From IMG/VR virus record IMGVR_UViG_3300010883_027406, positions 21,365 through 85,364 of that record: DNA of 64,000 bases, one strand, 5' to 3'. Below the pieces are notes generated by a model, which worked only from the letters and a program-made list of their open reading frames with translations, had not been told where the DNA came from and did not search any database. The stretch is from an uncultured virus (IMG/VR IMGVR_UViG_3300010883_027406). Lineage: Duplodnaviria; Heunggongvirae; Uroviricota; Caudoviricetes. The position numbers and the translations under genes were made by a program. Shown here piece after piece: positions 38,003-46,986 of this stretch (position 1 is its first letter; each line of letters begins with the position of its first letter).

Positions 38003-38726
38003 GTTCAAATTCTCTCACTTTGATACATGTATCAAGATAGGTGTCAATGCTTTCTCCCGCATCTTGCCACCAACCTTTAACCATATTGGCTTTTAGCTTT
38101 CCTTCTGAAAGATATTGATTGTTAACATCCGTGATTTCAAATTCGCCTCGCCAAGAAGGGGTTAGGGAATCAATATGCTCCCAAATGTATTTGTCATATA
38201 AATAAAGTCCAACCACTGCTAAGTTTGATTTGGGGGATTTTGGTTTTTCCACTATAGAAACAACCTCGTTATTTTCGTTTACCTCTGCTACTCCATAGAA
38301 TTTTGGATTTTTTGTTTTATATGTGAAAACTCGTGCGCCTGTGGGGTCTTTTGCGAAAGATTGGATTCCCTCAGGAACGGGGCATTCGAATATGTTGTCT
38401 CCTAATATCACACAAACGGGGGAATCCCCAGCCCATTCTTTAGCCAAGCTGAGAGCGTCGGCTACCCCATTTGGTTCTTTTTGGTAGGCATAGTTTAGAG
38501 TTCTTAAACCAAGTGCCTTGCCGTCTTCGAGAACGTTTAGGAAACTACCTGCATTATTCCCTCCTGACACTAGCAGGACATCTTTTATGCCGCTTTCTAC
38601 TAGAGTTTTTATAGGCCAATATATCATTGGCTTATTGTAGATGGGCAAGAGGTTTTTATTGGTTACTTTGGTGAGCGGGTGTAGTCGTGTCCCCATTCCT
38701 CCCGCTAATATTATTCCTTTTATCAT
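37974..38726 (-). CDS. rmlA: glucose-1-phosphate thymidylyltransferase (RmlA/SpsI-like)
   Basis: GIILAGG.GTRLHPLT...NK.LLPIYNKPMI, LGDNIF, EKP..PKS, RGE.EITD, W.DAG. Confidence 0.9.
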   Translation of the reverse strand: MIKGIILAGGMGTRLHPLTKVTNKNLLPIYNKPMIYWPIKTLVESGIKDVLLVSGGNNAGSFLNVLEDGKALGLRTLNYAYQKEPNGVADALSLAKEWAGDSPVCVILGDNIFECPVPEGIQSFAKDPTGARVFTYKTKNPKFYGVAEVNENNEVVSIVEKPKSPKSNLAVVGLYLYDKYIWEHIDSLTPSWRGEFEITDVNNQYLSEGKLKANMVKGWWQDAGESIDTYLDTCIKVREFELNKSNPNLE

Positions 38727-38766
38727 ATTGTAATTTTAGCGACATGATGGATTAAATCAATGTGTG

Positions 38767-39198
38767 TTAAACACCATGTTCTTCCACTCGCTCTAGTGCT
38801 TCATCGTGTAAATGGGCATCAAAATATTTAAGAAGAACTTCTTTCAAGTTGTCTAGAGTGATATGAAAGGTTTTTAATATTGGATGGTTTTTATCAAGTT
38901 TTTCATGATTAACTTCTATCGGATCATTGTGGGTTATTTCATATTCGTTTGGATCATCGGGAGTCATTTGAACTCCAAAGTCTGCCTTTGATGTATGTCC
39001 TTTCATTCCTGGTGTCATTTCATAACTAAGATCATACACTACTTGATATACTTCCTTGTCCTCTCCTTGAGAGGGCAGACCTATGATTGCTGGTCTATTA
39101 TCGGCATATCCAATTTCTTCAACTTCAAACTTATAAGAACCGCCAGGTATATCATCCCGTGGATCATAATCTTCTAACCAAGTTTTGAATGATTTCAT
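38767..39198 (-). CDS. acidic hypothetical protein with capsid-targeting-like N-terminus
   Basis: MKSFKTWLE; ATGA overlap with upstream gene. Confidence 0.7.
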   Translation of the reverse strand: MKSFKTWLEDYDPRDDIPGGSYKFEVEEIGYADNRPAIIGLPSQGEDKEVYQVVYDLSYEMTPGMKGHTSKADFGVQMTPDDPNEYEITHNDPIEVNHEKLDKNHPILKTFHITLDNLKEVLLKYFDAHLHDEALERVEEHGV

Positions 39199-39620
39199 AG
39201 TTCTTCCTTTATAAATTTATTCCATTCTTCGTGGTCATGAATGGTAATTTTATTTTTTGAATAATAATTTGCGTAGGCCATGCAGAATAGTTCTTCGGAA
39301 TTTTGATTTTGCTTGTTTTTAGTTTTTTTAACTATTTTTTTCCATTTGGCTTTTAGATCTTTATTTAATAATTCGCCCCATATCAAATGACCTATTTCAT
39401 GCAGTATTGTAAATTCTCTTCCATAGTTCCAAGGCGCTGCTATTATTATTTCTTTGTCGTCTATGGAACCAATGTGTTTTGGGTCGTTTTTTAGTGTGCT
39501 CTTAGGAGTGAACTTTATTTTATAGTTTTTCACAAGCTCTTTGTGTGCTTTAGGTAGTTTCCCTAAAGTCTTTTCTACTTGATCTTGTTCTTTTGATTCT
39601 ATAAATGTTTTAAAGTTCAT
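39195..39620 (-). CDS. zincin-like metallopeptidase with capsid-targeting-like N-terminus
   Basis: MNFKTFIE; TILHEIGH (HExxH) and downstream EELFC.AYA third-ligand helix. Confidence 0.7.
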   Translation of the reverse strand: MNFKTFIESKEQDQVEKTLGKLPKAHKELVKNYKIKFTPKSTLKNDPKHIGSIDDKEIIIAAPWNYGREFTILHEIGHLIWGELLNKDLKAKWKKIVKKTKNKQNQNSEELFCMAYANYYSKNKITIHDHEEWNKFIKEEL

Positions 39621-39625
39621 AGAGT

Positions 39626-39632
39626 TATATAT
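39626..39632 (-). promoter_or_regulatory. putative late-type promoter element
   Basis: - strand ATATATA-actct-ATG. Confidence 0.55.
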
Positions 39633-39737
39633 TGAAAAAGGTTATCGTTTTTAATAACACAAGCTCTATTTAGAGCCAAAATTTGTGATGTATGGTTTAG
39701 CCTTAATTTATTTGGGGCTAAACTTTTTTATTATATC

Positions 39738-39744
39738 ATATATA
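39738..39744 (+). promoter_or_regulatory. putative late-type promoter element
   Basis: ATATATA-acttg-ATG (ATG at 39750). Confidence 0.5.
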
Positions 39745-39749
39745 ACTTG

Positions 39750-40403
39750 ATGGCAAGAAAACCAACTACCAAAAAAAGTCCTCGTAAAACTTTTCATATA
39801 GACTTCCTTAATCCTGCACAAAAGGAAGCTTATGATTGTTTTTGCGAGAATGATGTTACATTTTTATTAGGACCCGCAGGAGTGGGTAAGTCATATTTGG
39901 CAACAGCTTTTGCTATAAACGAAGTTCTTTCTAAGAGAAAAAAAAGAATTATATTGACTCGCCCTATAGTTGAGGCTGGTGAAAGCTTAGGATTTTTGCC
40001 TGGCACTTTTGATGAAAAAGTCAATCCATATATGCTTCCTTTATTTGACGCAATAACCAAATTGACTGGTTCTGAATCCCAAAAAGAGGCTATAGAGAAA
40101 GCTATTGAAGTAGCTCCTTTAGCATATATGAGGGGAAGGTCTTTTGATGATTCTGTTTGTATATTTGATGAAGCTCAGAACGCTACTAAACAACAATTGA
40201 AGCTTTTTTTAAGTCGTTTTAATGATAATAGTAAAGTAATTGTTACTGGCGATCCACGACAAAGTGATTTGTTGGGCGATGTAGCATTAACATATGTTGT
40301 TTCTAGACTAGAGAGTATCGACGGCATTGGCGTTATTGAATTTGGCTCAGATTCTATTGTTCGGCATCCTTTAGTCTCTGCAATTCTTGAAAGACTAGAG
40401 TAA
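39750..40403 (+). CDS. phoH: PhoH-family ATPase
   Basis: GPAGVGKS, LTRP.VEAGESLGFLPG, PLAYMRGRSF, DEAQN, TGDP.QSDL, VRHPLV. Confidence 0.95.
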   Translation: MARKPTTKKSPRKTFHIDFLNPAQKEAYDCFCENDVTFLLGPAGVGKSYLATAFAINEVLSKRKKRIILTRPIVEAGESLGFLPGTFDEKVNPYMLPLFDAITKLTGSESQKEAIEKAIEVAPLAYMRGRSFDDSVCIFDEAQNATKQQLKLFLSRFNDNSKVIVTGDPRQSDLLGDVALTYVVSRLESIDGIGVIEFGSDSIVRHPLVSAILERLE

Positions 40404-40439
40404 ATAATACATACTATTAGTCTTTTTTTATGGAGTTGT

Positions 40440-41003
40440 TTGATGGCAGTGGTTAGCGAACTTTCCTTGAAGTGGAATGTAGGTAAACTTCCCCTTAAGA
40501 ATTATCGTGTTGAGGGGTGTTGTATTGTGCCCGGCCAGAATACTACTGGATTTGACACTGGTCAAACCACTCCTGACACAGGAGCGCCCAATCCTAATGC
40601 TGGCCTTAAGTGCGAGTCTAGATTTGTTGTTAATATATTAGCAAGAGATCTGGGTGATTTGTGCCTTCAGTTAAGAAAGAGGGAATTTTATTGGCCTATC
40701 TGCAAAATACAGGTTTTTAACCAACCGGCACAGGGGGCAAACCTTAAAGGATTTGGTAATCCATTGGGACCACCCAACACCGATTGCTGTTCTGACATAT
40801 ATGGAGACCCCACAGAAGCAGCGCCATCTGGTCCTAATGTGCCTAATGCAAATGAAGTGGAATTTCAAACTTTAACTGACATTCCACATGTCGTATGGGC
40901 TAATGTTCCTGAATGTATAGACTATAATGTTACCCATATATACAAAAAGTTAAATTTTTCAATTGCAGTTGAAAGGGTGTTTGTTTTTGGGGGCGGTGAA
41001 TAA
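40440..41003 (+). CDS. hypothetical protein, probably structural (coupled to large downstream gene)
   Basis: 187 aa; TAATG overlap with 1217-aa gene; GGAG SD. Confidence 0.7.
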   Translation: MMAVVSELSLKWNVGKLPLKNYRVEGCCIVPGQNTTGFDTGQTTPDTGAPNPNAGLKCESRFVVNILARDLGDLCLQLRKREFYWPICKIQVFNQPAQGANLKGFGNPLGPPNTDCCSDIYGDPTEAAPSGPNVPNANEVEFQTLTDIPHVVWANVPECIDYNVTHIYKKLNFSIAVERVFVFGGGE

Positions 41004-44000
41004 TGGCGCATATGAATTTAGGAGGCAGCGCCGTTGCTGTAATTGCCCGTCCTCATGGTAACTATGTTGGGATTGATGGAGTTGTTGTAGAAGGACAGGC
41101 GACAATAGTTTCGTCGGCACAATCGTACCAGGGCACTGCGTCTCCGGTTATTTCTGGGGAATCCATCGTAGTATCCAGTTTTACTCCAAGATATTATTCT
41201 CCACGCCCAGCAACCACCACAGTTACTATAATTGATAAGATTGAACTTGGCACTGGAGATAAGGTCACTTTACGATCAGCAAGTGCCCCAAGTATAGATA
41301 TTGATTTTGCTGTAGATCTCGATACCTCAGCCACATCCACAGTCACTATAACTGACTATGCCGAACTGAATGATGGAGATAAGGTCGCTTTACGATCAAC
41401 AAGTGCTCCGAGCACAGACATTGATTTTGCTGTAGATTCTGATGTTGCTGCAACCGCCACAGTCACAATAACCGATTATGCTGAACTTAATGCTGGAGAC
41501 AAGGTGACTTTGCGAGCGACAAACGCTCCAAGCGTAGATATTGATTTTGATATTGCCTGGGGCACACATGCTGAGAGCTACATCGCTTCTGCGTTGGCAA
41601 ATCTTATTAATGCAAATTCTAATTTCTCAGCTTCAGCAAATAATACGGTTGTAACAATCACGCAATCTATTGAAGGAGCAGCGGGGAACACTACGGTTGT
41701 TTTAACAGATAGTGGTAACTCTGGTATGTCTAAAACGGACTTTACTGGTGGTGTTGACGGGGACTGGGATGTTGGTAGTTCAAACGCTGATGCCGCTGCT
41801 GCTTTAGCGATCTTTATTAATGCAAATTCTAATTTCTCAGCTTCAGCAAATAATGCGGTCGTAACAATCACACAATCTATTGGCAGCGTAGCGGGGAACA
41901 CTACTGTTTCTTTGACAGACAGTGGTGACGCTGGTATGTCTAAAACAGATTTTACTGGTGGTTCTGATGGAAGTTGGGATTTAGGTGCTTCAAATAATGA
42001 AGCTGCTTCTGCTTTGGCAATTTTTATTAATGCAAACGCCAATTTTTCAGCGGCAGCAAATAATGCCGTTGTAACAATCACACAATCTACTAAAGGAACA
42101 GTGGGCAACACTACTGTTTCTTTGACAGATAGTGGTGACGTTGGTATGTCGAAAACAGATTTTAGTGGTGGTGTAGACAACCCAATTGAAGGAGGTATGG
42201 CACTAGGAGGGGTGTATGATGTGGTATCTACTGCATATTCTTTTTCTGGTTCGGGCGGCATTCAGTCTTCTGGGTCGCTTGATGAACATTGGACTGCCAA
42301 TCCTCGCATTTTGCTTCGTATCATACCAAGTGGAGGAATTAGTCTTGGCGGCTTGGCCGGTGCTTTTATATCAAATTATGTTGGCCTTGTGCCACTAGAG
42401 TTGGGAGGCACTTCTCTTCCATTTAATTCAACTGTTTATTTATATGCGGGAGTTGGCGGACCCGTTATGTCGGGAGAAGTATACGTAGCCTCGCCATCAT
42501 GGACATATTCCGCCACTGGCGGGATTTCTTTAGGGGGAGAGTATTATCCAAGGTTTAATGTTATAGGAAATGATGTTACTACATCTGTTGAATCTGCTTC
42601 TACATTTGTTAGTGACGCAACTGTGGGAACCGTTGATTGGACTTCTCCTTCCTCAGCCTCATCAAATGATGGACAGGATGCTTCTGTTGTTTTGTCGGCA
42701 GGAGTTATTTCTAAATACTTAAAATCTACTAATTTTGGTTTTAGTATTCCATCTGTTGATACGATTATGGGCGTGAGAGTTCTTGTTGATAAACACCAGA
42801 CAGGTGGCGATAGTATTAAAGATGAATCAATTAAGTTGGTTAAAGATGGTACTGTTCAAGGAGATGATAAAATTCTCCCTGCTGCTAATAACTGGCTGTA
42901 TTCTCCGCCACCGTGGGGAGTGATTACATCTATTGATGAAAGTGTTTCCAATTATCAAAATGATGGATCGGTAAAATTACTTGCTAATGGCTCGTATGCG
43001 TTCAACAGTACGAACACAACGCATTCGGTGTCGCACACTGCTGCCTACGATAGCCAAAGCTTCATGAGATTTGTGGATGTCAATATTCCTAGTGATGCTA
43101 AAATTACTTCTGCTAAGATAACACTTCTAGTTGATGGGAATACCAATGCAAATGGGCAAACTGCGAAAATTTGTGCCAACGCTTCTGATGACGCCGGTCT
43201 GCCCCTGACTGCACATGCAGTTACGGGGGCCGTTCCCACTACATCTAATGTGACTTGGACATTTGATAATACTCAAAGTGGAAATTTCATAGAGACTCCC
43301 GATATTTCTAGTGTAATTCAAGAGATAGTGGATCGTGATGGGTGGACGCATCCTGACTCCGCAATGGTGGTTTATTTTAGAGACCCATCAAGTGCTGGAA
43401 GTGATTGGGAAATTCAATTTCGTGCTTTTGGACAAAATCAGTCTGGAACTGGGTCAGCTTTTCTAGAAATAACTTATTATGATCCTGCTTTTGTAGAATA
43501 TGGTTTTGATGATAACGACACGCCGGTACCCGGTATCGATTGGCCTCCGTTTGACACTTGGGGTCTTGATTTAACTTATGACGATATAAATGATTCTACT
43601 TTTGGAGTAGTTCTTTCTGCAAAGAATGACTTGCCTTCTTCTGCTGCCGGGTCGGTTTCTGCTCTTATAGATTATGTTGAAATGTCTATTTATCATTTGA
43701 AGATAGGTGCGACAATAGGCGGCTCTGCAATTGCCGGTGTTCCTTTTAGGAACTATGTTAGTTCGGGAGGGATTACTATTTCTGGGGAGGCCATACTCGG
43801 AGAATCTTCTTCTTATAGTTATGTTGGTTCTGGTGGTGCGACATTGTCAGGAACCTCCCACATTGATACTACTGGCGGAGTGTCTGGGTATTTTGAGGAT
43901 TTGACCACGTCAGTTAAATATGATGTTACTTATTCTGGTTTTGATGTATTTTTTGGTACAGGCGAGGCCCCGGAACATGTTGTCGATCTTCCTGATGTGG

Positions 44001-44656
44001 TTAATTTGTGTGGATGCGACCCTGTTAATGCTATGGTTAATTTAAAACATAATTTATTGCATGCCTCTAAACTTGGGAAGTTTATACAAAGGAATGCTTT
44101 TACCCTTCCAGTCGATATTAAATTGATTTATAATTCTATTACGGGTTCTTGGAGAAATAATTTTCACTATGAAAGTATTTCTGGTGAAGAAATTTTTGAT
44201 GTTCTTTTTGAATGGTCTTGCATTCCTGAGATAGGATCTAATGATCTTGGCTATGATGCGTGGAAGTTTTCTCTTCTAGTTCACTATCACCATGAGCCGG
44301 AAGTAGATAAAGATACTAGAGTCGTTTTGGTGTTTCCAAAAGGTCATTTTTGTAGTAGAGGACAAAGACTTGATGCATCATTTGAAATTGATACACAAAG
44401 TAAAATAACCACGGTGACAGCCTCGTCAGCGGCTTCTAGTAGTTTTGTTGTTGATACTATAATAAATGATGATATTCGGTTATTTGTCGGAAATTATTGG
44501 AAGGAACATCCTTTAGAGTTAAAAATAGAAGAGAAAGTTACGACTTCAACTGCGTTTATTGAAGTGGATCTGGGACATATACTTCCTCCAGAAGATTCCC
44601 AAACCGGGGAGGTAGCAACGGCGGAGTCATCTGCCTTGCTTGATACATATTTGTAA
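41003..44656 (+). CDS. large mosaic putative virion fibre/decoration protein with nested domain insertions
   Basis: Gly-rich Y.G.GGI.xxG backbone repeats; 3x40-aa plus 3x70-aa repeats; jelly-roll-like and DNRLRE/CBM-like segments. Confidence 0.7.
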   Translation: MAHMNLGGSAVAVIARPHGNYVGIDGVVVEGQATIVSSAQSYQGTASPVISGESIVVSSFTPRYYSPRPATTTVTIIDKIELGTGDKVTLRSASAPSIDIDFAVDLDTSATSTVTITDYAELNDGDKVALRSTSAPSTDIDFAVDSDVAATATVTITDYAELNAGDKVTLRATNAPSVDIDFDIAWGTHAESYIASALANLINANSNFSASANNTVVTITQSIEGAAGNTTVVLTDSGNSGMSKTDFTGGVDGDWDVGSSNADAAAALAIFINANSNFSASANNAVVTITQSIGSVAGNTTVSLTDSGDAGMSKTDFTGGSDGSWDLGASNNEAASALAIFINANANFSAAANNAVVTITQSTKGTVGNTTVSLTDSGDVGMSKTDFSGGVDNPIEGGMALGGVYDVVSTAYSFSGSGGIQSSGSLDEHWTANPRILLRIIPSGGISLGGLAGAFISNYVGLVPLELGGTSLPFNSTVYLYAGVGGPVMSGEVYVASPSWTYSATGGISLGGEYYPRFNVIGNDVTTSVESASTFVSDATVGTVDWTSPSSASSNDGQDASVVLSAGVISKYLKSTNFGFSIPSVDTIMGVRVLVDKHQTGGDSIKDESIKLVKDGTVQGDDKILPAANNWLYSPPPWGVITSIDESVSNYQNDGSVKLLANGSYAFNSTNTTHSVSHTAAYDSQSFMRFVDVNIPSDAKITSAKITLLVDGNTNANGQTAKICANASDDAGLPLTAHAVTGAVPTTSNVTWTFDNTQSGNFIETPDISSVIQEIVDRDGWTHPDSAMVVYFRDPSSAGSDWEIQFRAFGQNQSGTGSAFLEITYYDPAFVEYGFDDNDTPVPGIDWPPFDTWGLDLTYDDINDSTFGVVLSAKNDLPSSAAGSVSALIDYVEMSIYHLKIGATIGGSAIAGVPFRNYVSSGGITISGEAILGESSSYSYVGSGGATLSGTSHIDTTGGVSGYFEDLTTSVKYDVTYSGFDVFFGTGEAPEHVVDLPDVVNLCGCDPVNAMVNLKHNLLHASKLGKFIQRNAFTLPVDIKLIYNSITGSWRNNFHYESISGEEIFDVLFEWSCIPEIGSNDLGYDAWKFSLLVHYHHEPEVDKDTRVVLVFPKGHFCSRGQRLDASFEIDTQSKITTVTASSAASSSFVVDTIINDDIRLFVGNYWKEHPLELKIEEKVTTSTAFIEVDLGHILPPEDSQTGEVATAESSALLDTYL
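41210..42178 (+). repeat. coding repeats: three ~120-bp A units then three 210-bp B units
   Basis: A = ATxTVTITDYAEL..GDKV.LR...APS.DIDF; B = A.ALA..INANSNFSASANN.VVTITQS..GNTTV.LTDSG..GMSKTDFTGG.D. Confidence 0.95.
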
Positions 44657-44667
44657 GGATATAATTT

Positions 44668-44916
44668 ATGGTTGTTTTGATTTGTATTTTATTGGTGTTG
44701 GTTTTAATTAATTTGATTTTTTCTATATTCATTGGCATTATTCTTGTTAGAGTTCTTGAATCCGTCATGCGTTTTGGGCGAGTTAAACCTGCACCGAAGC
44801 CGGACCCTAGAACCAGCAGCGGCCTGCCACCTGGCTTAGTTGATGTTCCGCCATTATATGATGTTCATGGCAATGTTGGTGATACACATGGTATGCAAGA
44901 TCAAACTGTTAAGTAG
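44668..44916 (+). CDS. small membrane protein
   Basis: very hydrophobic N-terminal 30 aa, Pro-rich tail. Confidence 0.7.
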   Translation: MVVLICILLVLVLINLIFSIFIGIILVRVLESVMRFGRVKPAPKPDPRTSSGLPPGLVDVPPLYDVHGNVGDTHGMQDQTVK

Positions 44917-45937
44917 ATCGATAGACTCCCATTGCGGCTTCTGAATTGCATTTGGCTCTGTGGAGCAAGGCAGCCTGTGCTTTTTTAACAGTTCTTAACT
45001 CCATGTCTCCGCCCCACGCTTGTAACGCAGGTTGTTGCAGGGCACGTCCATAAGAAAATGATAATCGCCAAGGCCATTTCCCTATGCCTGGAATGATTAA
45101 CTTGTTTAAGAGATTAAGATGTTTTGTGGCGTCTTCGAAGCTTTGTCCGCCTGATAAAAAGGCTATGCCTGGTACGGCTGGGGGGACGGTTCTAGATATA
45201 CATTTTAAAGTTTTTTCTGCAACTTCTCTTCCTGTAATGTCAGCATTGAGACTGTTGTATCCTTCTAGAACCATGTTGCATTTTAAAATCATTCCTTCTA
45301 AAAACACATTTAAAAAGTGTAGTTCTGAAAACGTGTTTTTTAATACTTTTTCTGTTATTTCAAGAGATTGGTCAACATTTTGATTGCCGTCCATGAGAAC
45401 TTCTGGTTCGACAATTGGCACTAATCCACATTCTTGGGACATTGCTGCAAAACGAGCTAAATTTATGGCGTTTTCACGAATACAGGTGTAAGACGGGATT
45501 TCTTTTCCTACGGAGATAACTGCTCTCCATTTGGTGAATGAGGCGCCAAGTCTTTTGTATTCTTTTAACCTTTCTCTTAATCCGTCTAAGCCTTCTGTTA
45601 ATGTTTCTCTTTCGTGTTGGGCCATTTCTTTTGCGCCTTTGTCTACTTTTATTCCGGTCAAGATTCCTTTATTTGATAGATATTTAGGAAATGGAGTTCC
45701 GTCAAATGTTTTCTGATTTATAGTTTCATCATACATGATGACGCCACTGATGTACTGCTCTAGCCCTTCTGTTGTAAAAAGAATATTTCTATAGGCCCTT
45801 CTTAATTCATGCGTTGATCCGGTATTAATGGACTTAAATCTTTTGGTTATGGTCGGGGTGCTTTCGTCTGCCGCAAGGATTCCTTTTCCTAGAGACACCA
45901 ATTGCTGCGCAGTTTTAGATAATTTGGTTTTTTCCAT
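44909..45937 (-). CDS. class I fructose-bisphosphate aldolase
   Basis: GKGILAADES, GIKVDKG, FTKWRAV, GLVPIVEPEV, ILKCNMV (Schiff-base Lys), FLSGGQ, SFSYGRALQ. Confidence 0.96.
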   Translation of the reverse strand: MEKTKLSKTAQQLVSLGKGILAADESTPTITKRFKSINTGSTHELRRAYRNILFTTEGLEQYISGVIMYDETINQKTFDGTPFPKYLSNKGILTGIKVDKGAKEMAQHERETLTEGLDGLRERLKEYKRLGASFTKWRAVISVGKEIPSYTCIRENAINLARFAAMSQECGLVPIVEPEVLMDGNQNVDQSLEITEKVLKNTFSELHFLNVFLEGMILKCNMVLEGYNSLNADITGREVAEKTLKCISRTVPPAVPGIAFLSGGQSFEDATKHLNLLNKLIIPGIGKWPWRLSFSYGRALQQPALQAWGGDMELRTVKKAQAALLHRAKCNSEAAMGVYRST

Positions 45938-46042
45938 TTTTAGTTTCCTTTTGAATAGTAAAGCACATTGACCTTGTGACGTTTTTTAATTACTTTATCA
46001 TAAGATTTCAGGCAGCCCATCCGTAGAGAGAAGCGGCAGATT

Positions 46043-46984
46043 ATGACTAAGGAAGTTGAATTTGTTAGATTTAATTCCTATAGGAATTTTGGAGTTGAGA
46101 TCGAGGTCGGGAGTGAAGTTTGCCCAGATTCGATAGCTCACTCTATTATAAAAAGTTCTCATTGTAAAGATGTGAAAATTTTTGATTGGAATCAGTCAAT
46201 TAACAATAGTGATTGGCATGTTAAGAGTGATGCGAGTTGCGGAATAGGAGAGGATGCTGGTTGGGAGATAGCATCATATGTTGGTTCTGGATATTTGGAT
46301 GCATTAGATATTTCTAAAACAGCATCTGCCCTGAAAGTGACAACTGGGGCAAAAATTAATAGAAATTGTGGTTTGCATGTTCATGTCAATGTAGAAGATT
46401 TTAGCGTGAGAGATATGGCTATTTTATTGGCATATTGGATTAAAATAGAAAATACACTTTCCTTCGCAGTACCTTCGTGGCGTGTTGATGGGGTATTTTG
46501 CCAATTAATTAACAAATTGCAAGCACATTATAAAAGAAACGAATATTCTCCTGATTATTTCTGGACTATCAATAAACCAAGAAACTTATCTGCTCATGAT
46601 AATTTCTATAAGATGTTTACTCTTAATTTAGTGAACTACGAATCGTCTTTGCAAGGTCTAATTGACAGGAAGACTGTTGAATTCCGCATGCCGGAAGGCA
46701 CATTGAATGAAAGCGATATTATTAATTGGATAAGACTTTTTGTTACTTTTGTTGATAATTGTAAAAAAAAGTTGCATATGCCATCGAATACGGTTTCTGT
46801 TTCTTTGTCGGAAACTCTTAATATCCTTGGACTGAGTCATAAAGAAAAGTTTTATATTTTAAGTAAGGGTATGTTTAAAACTAAAAGTTGGCTTCTTAAA
46901 AGGATAATGCAACAGGCTGTAAAAAGAAAAAGTGATCGACTCTACAGGTCTTCTTTTAAATTTCTTAATTTTATGGAACATTAA
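46043..46984 (+). CDS. putative amidoligase (COOH-NH2 ligase type 2)
   Basis: FGVEIE, DAS, WEIAS, CGLHVHV, TVEFR..GT. Confidence 0.85.
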   Translation: MTKEVEFVRFNSYRNFGVEIEVGSEVCPDSIAHSIIKSSHCKDVKIFDWNQSINNSDWHVKSDASCGIGEDAGWEIASYVGSGYLDALDISKTASALKVTTGAKINRNCGLHVHVNVEDFSVRDMAILLAYWIKIENTLSFAVPSWRVDGVFCQLINKLQAHYKRNEYSPDYFWTINKPRNLSAHDNFYKMFTLNLVNYESSLQGLIDRKTVEFRMPEGTLNESDIINWIRLFVTFVDNCKKKLHMPSNTVSVSLSETLNILGLSHKEKFYILSKGMFKTKSWLLKRIMQQAVKRKSDRLYRSSFKFLNFMEH

Positions 46985-46986
46985 TT

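Noticed and set aside
39663-39722. Two small hairpins upstream of phoH as a riboswitch or ncRNA
   Set aside because: Short AT-rich stems in a divergent promoter gap with no recognisable family features.
41578-42261. 227-aa antisense ORF (also 25602-26000, 60465-60992 and many short ones)
   Set aside because: Shadow ORFs opposite well-supported genes; no motifs or start signals.
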